DNA of 64,000 nt from Bacteroidia bacterium (GTDB lineage: Bacteria; Bacteroidota; Bacteroidia; B-17B0; Aurantibacillaceae). The stretch lies in contig JANYIQ010000020.1 in the NCBI GenBank assembly GCA_025362575.1, forward strand, positions 14,450 to 78,449. The letters are read 5' to 3'. This document shows, piece after piece, positions 9,097 to 16,914 of the stretch (its first letter is position 1; every line of letters begins with the position of its first letter). Below the pieces are notes generated by a model that did not search any database, had not been told where the DNA came from, and worked only from the letters and a program-made list of their open reading frames with translations. Made by a program: the position numbers and the translations under genes.

Positions 9097-9114
9097 GTCA
9101 CGACGCGTCGTGAC
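9097..9114. repeat. 18-nt perfect palindrome GTCACGACGCGTCGTGAC (TCACGAC-N2-GTCGTGA family)
   Basis: Read directly. The same core occurs at 4722-4737 and, with 6-bp arms, at 11149-11164. Confidence 0.8.
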
Positions 9115-9128
9115 TGCGTGAAACAAAT

Positions 9129-10190
9129 ATGCACCACCATAGCATAAATCCCTATAAAATCTTAAATTTGAATCAAATGTTCAGCTTCTTAAAAGACTAT
9201 TCTCGGTTTCTTATGCCAATTGCAATACTTATTGCAGTTCTTCTTTTTGGCACCATAGGTTACTGGATCCTGGAAGGATACACACTGTTCAATGCATTTT
9301 ACATGACCATCATTACAGTTGCAACCGTAGGTTATGGTGAGGTACAACCCTTAACAGTTACCGGAAAAGTATTTACCGTATGTTTAATTATCATAAGTTT
9401 TGGTACATTTGCTTATGCCGTTTCGGCAATTACAAAATTTGTACTAGACGGTGAGTTTAACCAATTATACAAGAATAGAAAATTGAACGCTGCGATCGAA
9501 AAATTATCTGACCATGTTATTATTTGCGGTTATGGCCGTAACGGAAGACAAGCCGCCCAGGTTCTGAAAAGACATAACCGCAGATTTGTAGTGGTCGAGA
9601 GCAATTCTCAGATCACTGAAAGCATTACACATAAATTCAGTGAATTGGTTGTCACCGGAGATTCTACAAAAGACGAAATTCTTATTAAAGCCGGAATACA
9701 TAAAGCGAGTGCTATTATTACCACACTCCCCATGGATGCGGATAATTTATTCATTGTATTAACAGCAAGAAACCTGAACCCGAAAATAACCATTATTTCA
9801 AGAGCGAGTGAAGATAACTCTGATACTAAATTAAAAATTGCCGGAGCCAATAATGTTATCATGCCCGATAGAGTAGGTGGTGCCCACATGGCAAGTCTGG
9901 TAATGAAACCTGATGTAATGGAGTTCATTGATTTCATTACCGCTGAGGGTGGCGACAATATCAGTTTAGAAGAAATTGCTTACGACAGCGTTTCCGAAGA
10001 ATTAAAACAAAAAACATTAAAGGATCTGGAGATCCGAAATAAATCGGGCGCAAACATAATAGGATTTAAAACCGCTACCGGAGAATATTTGGTGAACCCA
10101 AGTGCCGACACAAAAATAATTCCGAATTCAAAAATATTTGTATTGGGTACTCCCGACCAGATCAGAAAGCTGAAAGATATATTGGCCTAA
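9129..10190 (+). CDS. MthK/Kch-like potassium channel with RCK (TrkA-N/TrkA-C) domain
   Basis: Selectivity filter TVATVGYGE between two TM helices. Rossmann motif ICGYGRNGRQ. C-terminal TrkA-C. The start is uncertain (alternative ATG at 9177, MFSFLKDY). Confidence 0.85.
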   Translation: MHHHSINPYKILNLNQMFSFLKDYSRFLMPIAILIAVLLFGTIGYWILEGYTLFNAFYMTIITVATVGYGEVQPLTVTGKVFTVCLIIISFGTFAYAVSAITKFVLDGEFNQLYKNRKLNAAIEKLSDHVIICGYGRNGRQAAQVLKRHNRRFVVVESNSQITESITHKFSELVVTGDSTKDEILIKAGIHKASAIITTLPMDADNLFIVLTARNLNPKITIISRASEDNSDTKLKIAGANNVIMPDRVGGAHMASLVMKPDVMEFIDFITAEGGDNISLEEIAYDSVSEELKQKTLKDLEIRNKSGANIIGFKTATGEYLVNPSADTKIIPNSKIFVLGTPDQIRKLKDILA

Positions 10191-10208
10191 CTTTTCTTTA
10201 ATTAGCAT

Positions 10209-11132
10209 ATGAAAATATTAGTTACAGGTTCCAACGGTTTATTAGGACAGAAACTCGTTTACAAATTAAAGAGCAAACCAAACGTTGTTTTAATTGCAAC
10301 GGCGCGTGGCGAAAATCGTTTGGTGGATAAAGCCGGATATATTTACGAACCACTTGACATTACCAACTTCGAAAATGTAAAAGAGGTTTTTGCAAAACAT
10401 AAACCGGATGTTGTAATAAATACCGCAGCCATGACAAACGTTGATGCCTGCGAAACCGAAAAGGAATTAGCTTGGTTAATGAATGCTACTTCAGTTGAGT
10501 ATCAGGTTAAAATTTTAGAGAGCTTGCAAAACGAAAACTACAAACCGCATTTCATTCATTTAAGTACTGATTTTATTTTTGACGGAACTTATGGTCCTTT
10601 AACAGAAGAAGAAAAACCGAACCCCTTAAGTTACTATGCCGAAACAAAATTAGAAGCGGAACATATTGTACAAAACAGTAAATTAAGTTGGGCCATGGCA
10701 AGAACTGTTTTGGTGTATGGCATTGTAGATAACATGAGCCGAAGCAACATTGTACTTTGGGTAAAACAAAATTTGGAGCAAAAAAAAAATATCAATGTGG
10801 TAGATGATCAGTTCAGAACACCAACTTTAGCTGAAGATCTTGCTGATGGTTGTATTTTAATTGCCGAGAAAAAAGCACAAGGCATATTTAATATTTCCGG
10901 AAAAGATTTCATGAGCATTTTGGAACTCGCAAATAAAGTAGCAGATTATTATCATTTAGATAAAAGCTTGATCAAACCTTCCAAATCATCCGACATCAAA
11001 CAACCGGCGAAACGCCCGCCCAGAACAGGCTTCATTATTGATAAAGCAAAAAGGGTTTTAGGATACAACCCTCATAGTTTCGAAGATGGAATTAAATTAA
11101 TGGAAGAGCAGATCGCTAAAATGGGGAAATAG
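10209..11132 (+). CDS. SDR-family NAD(P)-dependent sugar reductase (RmlD/dTDP-4-dehydrorhamnose reductase-like)
   Basis: N-terminal ILVTGSNGLLGQ and YAETKLEAE (YxxxK). Overall RmlD substrate-binding-domain layout. Confidence 0.7.
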   Translation: MKILVTGSNGLLGQKLVYKLKSKPNVVLIATARGENRLVDKAGYIYEPLDITNFENVKEVFAKHKPDVVINTAAMTNVDACETEKELAWLMNATSVEYQVKILESLQNENYKPHFIHLSTDFIFDGTYGPLTEEEKPNPLSYYAETKLEAEHIVQNSKLSWAMARTVLVYGIVDNMSRSNIVLWVKQNLEQKKNINVVDDQFRTPTLAEDLADGCILIAEKKAQGIFNISGKDFMSILELANKVADYYHLDKSLIKPSKSSDIKQPAKRPPRTGFIIDKAKRVLGYNPHSFEDGIKLMEEQIAKMGK

Positions 11133-11148
11133 TTTCTTTCACCACTAA

Positions 11149-11164
11149 TCACGACGCATCGTGA
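11149..11164. repeat. palindrome TCACGACGCATCGTGA (same family, 6-bp arms)
   Basis: Intergenic, after the rmlD-like gene. Followed by a second hairpin, CACGAAAT 11173-11180 / ATTTCGTG 11203-11210. Confidence 0.7.
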
Positions 11165-11242
11165 CAAAAAAACACGAAATCTCAGTAAACCATGTTATTA
11201 TTATTTCGTGAAATTTAGTGTCTTGGCGCCTTTGTGTAAATT

Positions 11243-11659
11243 TTATTCCAGAAATCTTTTCTTTAACTCCGGTGTCATCATCTCGCAGTAATCAGCAGCT
11301 CCAAACCATTTGATACGATTTTTTGCTATGTAATTGTAAACGGCATCACGTATAAATTTCGGAACAATATAAAATCCAAAAAGCAAAGGCCAAAGTGCTT
11401 TTAAATGTTTTGTTATTTGCAAGGCTGCGCTTGATCTTATAAATGCTTTTCCGTTTTTAATAAAAACAATACTGTCCGTTTTATTTCCTAATTCAAATTG
11501 TTTCAATACTTGTTTTCCGGTTTCAGATTGCAAAGCAGAAAAATAGAGCTCCTGATCTTTTTCATGTTTCAAAATAAAGCGCACACTTTTGTTGCACAAG
11601 CCGCAATTTCCGTCAAATAATATGATGGTTTTATCTTTTATGAGATCGGTATTTTTCAA
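11243..11659 (-). CDS. DCC1-like thiol-disulfide oxidoreductase (DUF393 family)
   Basis: 138 aa with FDGNCGLCNKSVRFILKHE (CxxC near the N-terminus), typical of the family. Confidence 0.7.
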   Translation of the reverse strand: MKNTDLIKDKTIILFDGNCGLCNKSVRFILKHEKDQELYFSALQSETGKQVLKQFELGNKTDSIVFIKNGKAFIRSSAALQITKHLKALWPLLFGFYIVPKFIRDAVYNYIAKNRIKWFGAADYCEMMTPELKKRFLE

Positions 11660-11787
11660 GGTGGCGAACCAAATTTACAGCAACAAAGATAAGCAAAAGC
11701 CCTTTAAAATGGCCTGTTTAGGGCCTGCTAATCAAGATCATTTCCGTTTTTCAGTAATATTAGCTAACTTTATCAGTCAAACTTGTA

Positions 11788-13971
11788 ATGTTAAAACGAA
11801 GGTTTCTACATATTATTTTGCTGATCACTTTTTTAAGCGCTTTTAAAAGCAGCTATGCTACGCATATAGTAGGAGGCGAGATCTTTTACGATAATCAGGG
11901 AGGCAACGTTTACAAAATTACGTTAAAGGTTTACAGAGATTGTTTTAATGGTCAGGCCCCCTTTGATAGCCCCGCTTTTATTACAATACTCGATAGCGCC
12001 AACAATGTTGTTACTACATTAAATTTAGCATTGCTGAGTGTAACGAATATTCCGCCCTCGATCAATAGTCCTTGTATTCAAACACCGAATAGTGTCTGCG
12101 TAGAAGAAGGGTTTTATGAAGGCACTGTAGTTTTACCGCCTAAAGCGGGTGGCTATTACATCGTTTACCAGCGTTGTTGTCGTAACAACAGTATTTTGAA
12201 TTTGGTTGCACCGGGTTCAGTAGGTGCCACGTATTGGGAACACATTCCCGGCCCCGAAGTAGTTGCAGTGAACAGCAGTCCAAGGTTCATAAAATTCCCG
12301 CCCATCTTTGTTTGTAAAGGTATTCCTATTGCTTTTAATCATGCGGCAACAGATCCTGATGGCGATCAATTGGTATATTCACTTTGTGCCCCATTTGATG
12401 GTTTGAATTCAACCTGCCCCATTATTGGAGCTTCAGGCTGTCCTACAAGCGCTACACCCATGCCCTATGTAAGCGTTCCGTTTACCGGTTCGTTCAGCGG
12501 TTCTTTTCCAATGGCATCAAACCCTGCTTTGAATATAAATTCAGTAAATGGTTTTTTAAATGGTACACCAAGTATTGTTGGTCAATGGGTGGTTGGTGTT
12601 TGCGTTCAGGAATTCAGAGCAGGAAAATTAATTGCTACCCATCACCGCGATTTTCAGTTTAACGTTGTGAGTTGTGTGGTAACTGTGGTGAGTGCCATTC
12701 AAAATCAAACACAGTTGTGTACCGGACTCAATGTTAATTTTGGAAATAATAGTTTCGGAGCAAGTACTTATCATTGGGATTTTGGTGTGCCAAGTTTAAC
12801 CAACGATACTTCTAACTTGGTGAGCACAAATTACACTTATCCTGATACCGGAAAATATACTGTGACCTTGATCGCAAATCCCGGCAAGCCTTGTGGCGAT
12901 ACAGCCACTCAAACATTTTATGTGTATCCAAAATTCACCCCAACATTTACAGCGCCACCCGGACAATGTATAACAGGTAATAGTTTTAATTTTTCTACAG
13001 CAGGAAATTACGCTTCTTATACTTCATTCAATTGGACCTTCGGGACAAGCGCAACGCCAAGCACTTCAACGCTTCCAAATCCAAGTGCGATCACTTATAG
13101 CGTGCCGGGTACTTATGTCGTCAGTGTTATCATGAAAGAAGCGATCTGTAGAGACACGTTGAAAGGCAGCATAACTGTTTATCAGAAACCGTTGGCCAAT
13201 TTCAGCAGCACGCCGGTACAAGGCTGCGATCCTGCAACTGTTACCTTCGTAAATACCAGCGGATCAAATGCGCCTACAACTTATTTCTGGCAATTCAGCG
13301 ACGGTACAACTTCAGCTGTAAAGGATCCTACGCATACATTTTCTCCTGCAGGCATTTATAATGTTACGCTAACCATCATTACCAATCAGGGTTGCATCGA
13401 CACCAGTAAATTTGTTGTGCCTGCTTATATTACTGTTAATCCAAAACCAAAAGCCGGATTTTCATTCTTGCCAACCACTACAACCATTTTTGATCCGGAT
13501 ATTTATTTCTTTGATGAGAGTCAGAATGCCGCAACATGGAATTACACCTTTGGTGATGGAGGCTCATCAACAATGGTAAATCCATCACATCAATATCAGG
13601 ACTACGGCGATTTTTATGTAACGCAGACGGTGATGAATGGTTTTGGTTGCCTGGATACTATTACTAAAAAAGTTACAATACTTCCTGAATTTAGATTCTG
13701 GGTGCCAAATTGTTTTACGCCCGGCAATAAAGATGAATTGAACGATGTGTTCTTACCGATCGTAATAGGTGTTGATGAGTACGAGTTTTATATTTTTAAC
13801 CGTTGGGGACAACAGATTTTTTATACTAAGGACACTCAAATGGGTTGGAACGGATACTTTAAAGGAAAACCCTGCGAAGAAAGTGTTTATGTATGGCTGA
13901 TCAAATTCAGAAATGTTGTGAGCAAACGCCACGAAGAACATTACGGAAATGTGACATTGTTGCCGAAGTAG
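11788..13971 (+). CDS. T9SS type B sorting-domain (gliding motility-associated C-terminal domain) surface protein with PKD-like repeats
   Basis: Signal peptide. Repeated YxWDFGDG-type PKD motifs (YHWDFG, FNWTFG, YFWQFSDG, WNYTFGDG). C-terminus FWVPNCFTPGNKDELNDVF...FNRWGQQIF...GWNGYFKG. Confidence 0.8.
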   Translation: MLKRRFLHIILLITFLSAFKSSYATHIVGGEIFYDNQGGNVYKITLKVYRDCFNGQAPFDSPAFITILDSANNVVTTLNLALLSVTNIPPSINSPCIQTPNSVCVEEGFYEGTVVLPPKAGGYYIVYQRCCRNNSILNLVAPGSVGATYWEHIPGPEVVAVNSSPRFIKFPPIFVCKGIPIAFNHAATDPDGDQLVYSLCAPFDGLNSTCPIIGASGCPTSATPMPYVSVPFTGSFSGSFPMASNPALNINSVNGFLNGTPSIVGQWVVGVCVQEFRAGKLIATHHRDFQFNVVSCVVTVVSAIQNQTQLCTGLNVNFGNNSFGASTYHWDFGVPSLTNDTSNLVSTNYTYPDTGKYTVTLIANPGKPCGDTATQTFYVYPKFTPTFTAPPGQCITGNSFNFSTAGNYASYTSFNWTFGTSATPSTSTLPNPSAITYSVPGTYVVSVIMKEAICRDTLKGSITVYQKPLANFSSTPVQGCDPATVTFVNTSGSNAPTTYFWQFSDGTTSAVKDPTHTFSPAGIYNVTLTIITNQGCIDTSKFVVPAYITVNPKPKAGFSFLPTTTTIFDPDIYFFDESQNAATWNYTFGDGGSSTMVNPSHQYQDYGDFYVTQTVMNGFGCLDTITKKVTILPEFRFWVPNCFTPGNKDELNDVFLPIVIGVDEYEFYIFNRWGQQIFYTKDTQMGWNGYFKGKPCEESVYVWLIKFRNVVSKRHEEHYGNVTLLPK

Positions 13972-13987
13972 GTTTGCATAAGAATGG

Positions 13988-14078
13988 GAACACGGAGCAC
14001 ACGGATTGTTTTGGATTTGAGCGGATTGATTTTGTCTTTAATCCCCCTTAATCCGTTTTTTCCGCGTCATCTGCGTTC
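13988..14078. repeat. imperfect palindromic intergenic element (CATCTGCG / CGGATT modules) between convergent genes
   Basis: Left arm GAACACGGAGCACACGGATT (13988-14007) against the reverse complement of 14058-14078 (GAACGCAGATGACGCGGAAAA). An internal GCGGATT / AATCCG pair is also present. Confidence 0.5.
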
Positions 14079-14095
14079 CTATTGTCTATGATGGA

Positions 14096-14488
14096 TTATT
14101 TAAGTCTTTCTAGTTTACCTTTACGCTTAACAACATTCTTATAATCCCACTGAATTTTTTCTGATTTTTTCAGCCAGCGTTTTAAATCCTTGGTGTTTAC
14201 TTCTTCTACCGAATTATAAACAGCCGATGCATCTTTGAATTTTCCGGTGCCCGGTTTTAAAGCATCTTCTTCAAAACTTGCGCCACTCCAAAATATTAGA
14301 CGTATGCCGGCTTTTTGTTTGCTGTAGCCAACGATCGGGTTGCCATCTAAGAACCAAACCGGATGCGCGTGCCAGATCTTATTTTCTGCTTTTGGTAAAT
14401 GTGTATCAATTTCTGTAGCTAGTAAATTGCAGATCTCTTTATCGGATTTTGTTTGGGTGGAATTGTAAGCTTTTACGTCTTTGTTCAT
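14096..14488 (-). CDS. DUF1801 (YdhG-like) domain protein
   Basis: 130 aa. Pattern WHAHPVWFLDGNPIVGYSKQKAGIRLIFWSG is typical of this family as I recall it. Confidence 0.55.
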   Translation of the reverse strand: MNKDVKAYNSTQTKSDKEICNLLATEIDTHLPKAENKIWHAHPVWFLDGNPIVGYSKQKAGIRLIFWSGASFEEDALKPGTGKFKDASAVYNSVEEVNTKDLKRWLKKSEKIQWDYKNVVKRKGKLERLK

Positions 14489-14514
14489 GTATTAAAGATA
14501 GAAATTATTTTTTA

Positions 14515-14712
14515 TGTGGGCGCCCGGGCGGGCTGCTGCGGGGTCGCTACTCGCTCCGCTTTTTGCTTAACCTCCGGTATAAGCAAAAGAGCCAAGCCCT
14601 TCGCATCCCTGGCGCAATTACCGCTCCAAAATTCCCTTTGTTCCAGAGATGCTTTTAAAAAAAGTGTAGCAGTCGGGAGCCATTGGGCAAGACCGCTGTT
14701 AGGGCTAGTGCC
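14515..14712. repeat. GC-rich structured intergenic element, copy B (related to 8955-9096)
   Basis: Conspicuously GC-rich in an AT-rich genome. Perfect 9-bp hairpin TTTTGCTTA 14561-14569 / TAAGCAAAA 14580-14588. Blocks GTCGCTACTCGCTCCGC (14543-14559) and ATCCCTGGCGCAA (14615-14627) are collinear with copy A. Confidence 0.5.
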
Positions 14713-15051
14713 TTAAATGTCCAGAACCACCCGAAGATTCATTTTTAATTTCTGGATTTGGTCTTTCGTTAATTTACCAAGTTTCTTAATTAGTCTTTTA
14801 TTGTCGATAGCACGAATTTGATCAACAAGAACATCGCTAGGTTTGTCAATTTGTCCCTTTTTTAAATGAACTCTAAGTAAAATAATGTCTGGATTAACTT
14901 TTGAAGTAATAGGGCATATAATTGTTGATGGATGAGAATCATTAAGAAGATCCGTCTGAATAACTACGACAGGTCTTGTTTTTCCTGGTTCTGTCCCACG
15001 ACTTGGGTTAAGGTCTGCAAGCCAAATTTCAAATTGTTTAACGTCCATCAA
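14713..15051 (-). CDS. mazF: type II toxin, PemK/MazF-family endoribonuclease
   Basis: 112 aa. FEIWLADLNPSRGTEPGKTRPVVVIQTD is the MazF/PemK signature. Overlaps the upstream antitoxin ORF by 14 nt. Confidence 0.85.
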   Translation of the reverse strand: MMDVKQFEIWLADLNPSRGTEPGKTRPVVVIQTDLLNDSHPSTIICPITSKVNPDIILLRVHLKKGQIDKPSDVLVDQIRAIDNKRLIKKLGKLTKDQIQKLKMNLRVVLDI

Positions 15052-15268
15052 TTAACTTTTCAAATTCATGTAATACGTCCATGGAGTCTTTGCTTGTCAA
15101 TTTGGATTCCTTTGAAAGTTGCTTTTTTAAAAGTCGTCTTTTATTAAAAAGATTATAAATATTAACTGCCTCGTTAATGTAACGATTTCTTGCAAGATTT
15201 AATTTTGAAGTTATTTCCTCGGCTTCGTCAAAAATTTTGTCGTCGAGTTTTAAAGATAGTGTTTTCAT
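15038..15268 (-). CDS. putative antitoxin (ribbon-helix-helix-like) of the MazF-type toxin
   Basis: Small ORF immediately upstream of, and overlapping, the toxin. N-terminal MKTLSLKLDDKIFDEAEE fits an RHH beta-strand plus helix. The ORF-track start at 15286 is a TTG, so I prefer ATG 15266-15268. Confidence 0.6.
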   Translation of the reverse strand: MKTLSLKLDDKIFDEAEEITSKLNLARNRYINEAVNIYNLFNKRRLLKKQLSKESKLTSKDSMDVLHEFEKLIDGR

Positions 15269-15311
15269 TAGAATGTCTTTATGCAAAGGTATATATTAAA
15301 AGTATATACTA

Positions 15312-15319
15312 CAAATTTA
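15312..15319 (-). promoter_or_regulatory. -7 promoter box TAAATTTG for the antitoxin-toxin operon, followed by a GTATATA direct repeat (15289-15295, 15302-15308) as a candidate operator
   Basis: The reverse complement of 15312-15319 matches TAnnTTTG exactly. Two GTATATA copies lie between it and the start codon. Confidence 0.4.
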
Positions 15320-15550
15320 TTTATAGCTTGTCCGTCAGGCTTACCCCTAACGTTTTGCCTATAACTAGCTTATAGGAGAACTTTTTACGCTCCAATCCAC
15401 CCAATTTGATTGGCTTGGGGTAATTATATCTCCTCTATAGCTTTATTTAAATTAATATATTAAAGGTAATTGCCAAGCAAAAAATCCGGTTCTTTTCCAA
15501 ATACAATTCCCCATCCTTAGGCTCTTGGTTCGGCAAACTCACCACAGGTA

Positions 15551-16825
15551 TCAATGAGGTTCATCAATAATCTGTCCTTCTTTTGGAACGCAAGTAGCCA
15601 GAACCACTATCAAATACAAAGCCCCGTAAGTTAGAATTTTAAAATGCTCGTAATAGTAATTGTATTCTCCTAGTAAGATCTTTAAATTGCATACAACATA
15701 TATTGCGCAACAACTTAACATTATAAAATAAAATTTGACTTTACTTAGAAAGTTTTTATTTTGAATTAAGTAATACAGGCAAAACACAAAAGCGGGGCAA
15801 ATAAATAAAAATCCGTAGTGCTGTTGGTGTGGAAAAATGAGAGGAATAAGCATTAGCAAATAACTTACTTCCCTGAACTGATGCTTTAAACCGGATACCG
15901 CTATAAAAGGAAGGCTTCTGAAAAACCAGAGACTAAAACCTATCAACAGTAATCGCACACAATTTAAAATAGTATTTAAATTTTCGAGAGAGACATCTGC
16001 AATGTTTCGTTTAATGGGAAGCGCATAAACATCGGGAACATCTTGTACAAGTAAAGTAGATAATAAAGTGGAGAGGCCATGAAAGCTGCGTTCTTCGGTG
16101 TCTAAAACATGAACAGTGCTTGAAGGATTGATCAGCGACAACCAGGTATTAAAAAGGGTTTGATTATAATTCCAGCCAATGAATAAAGCAGGGATCAATA
16201 GCATTGAAATGCAAAACACTATTACAAGAGAACCTGCCTTGAAGAAACCGCGGTAAAATAAATAGGGCAGCAATACTATTGGTAAAAGCTTTATGTTGAT
16301 GCCAAGTGCGATCAGCAAAGCCCCTGTTAAAGGTTTGTTACTGAAAATTAATTGTAAGCCTTGTAAACTTAAAAACAAAAGTAAGATGGTGGTTTGAGAG
16401 TGATGAAGGTTCTCATAAATGAAACGGAAAGAAAATGCAAAGCCACCAATTCTCATTAACAATAACTGATTTTTTGAAAAGCTGTGAAGCGGGAGTAAAT
16501 TTTTGATGACCTGAAAAATGCGGTAAACAAAAAATATATTTAACGCCAGCCAGATGAATTTACTAAGATGAAAGGGCAGGTAAGTAAAGGGATGTAAAAG
16601 GATAGCGAAAAATACCGAATAAAAATAGTGGTAACTGTCTACATACCTTTTTTCGAAAATGTTCTCGCCTTTGAACAGATCCTGAGAGGCCGAAAGAAAA
16701 ATGAAGAAATCACCTTTACCCTGTGATTCTATGTAGAGAAAAATGAAAAGAGCAATTCCTGCTAAACTCCACGCTAAGGTTTTTATGAGACCTGTAGGAA
16801 ATTTCGATGTTTGACTTTCATTCAA
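15551..16825 (-). CDS. polytopic membrane glycosyltransferase-like protein (GT87/DUF2029-like)
   Basis: 424 aa with more than 10 hydrophobic segments, resembling lipid-linked-sugar (GT-C) transferases. The family name is recalled, not verified. Confidence 0.5.
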   Translation of the reverse strand: MNESQTSKFPTGLIKTLAWSLAGIALFIFLYIESQGKGDFFIFLSASQDLFKGENIFEKRYVDSYHYFYSVFFAILLHPFTYLPFHLSKFIWLALNIFFVYRIFQVIKNLLPLHSFSKNQLLLMRIGGFAFSFRFIYENLHHSQTTILLLFLSLQGLQLIFSNKPLTGALLIALGINIKLLPIVLLPYLFYRGFFKAGSLVIVFCISMLLIPALFIGWNYNQTLFNTWLSLINPSSTVHVLDTEERSFHGLSTLLSTLLVQDVPDVYALPIKRNIADVSLENLNTILNCVRLLLIGFSLWFFRSLPFIAVSGLKHQFREVSYLLMLIPLIFPHQQHYGFLFICPAFVFCLYYLIQNKNFLSKVKFYFIMLSCCAIYVVCNLKILLGEYNYYYEHFKILTYGALYLIVVLATCVPKEGQIIDEPH

Positions 16826-16880
16826 AATTCCAATATTAAATTATAATAGTTTGGGTAGTGTTTATGCGTCGATAAAATGT

Positions 16881-16910
16881 TGATCGGTAACAATGCGTCG
16901 TTACCGATCA
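16881..16910 (-). terminator. hairpin terminator candidate downstream of pntB
   Basis: 11-bp perfect stem TGATCGGTAAC / GTTACCGATCA with an 8-nt loop. On the minus strand it is followed by ACATTTTAT. Confidence 0.5.
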
Positions 16911-16914
16911 GAAA

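Noticed and set aside
8908-9126. 73-codon N-terminal extension of the rimO ORF in the six-frame track (MFHAVTTRRDRRSWCPVCGRDKG...)
   Set aside because: It lies entirely in the GC-rich repeat/palindrome element. Its composition is unlike the rest of the protein. The canonical RimO N-terminus (MKTKTLKKNKVNVVTLGCSKN) starts at the internal ATG ending at 8907.
14449-14716. Two overlapping plus-strand ORFs (69 and 87 aa) between the DUF1801 gene and mazF
   Set aside because: They are open only because of the GC-rich repeat. Their composition is Arg/Gly/Cys-rich and low-complexity, and no start context or homolog-like motif is visible.
15341-15423. Possible tRNA, given the 7-bp closing stem and internal hairpins
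   Set aside because: There is no D-arm pairing and no GTTCRANYC-type T-loop. The central hairpin has a 7-bp stem and 5-nt loop instead of 5 bp and 7 nt. It is kept only as an unexplained structure.
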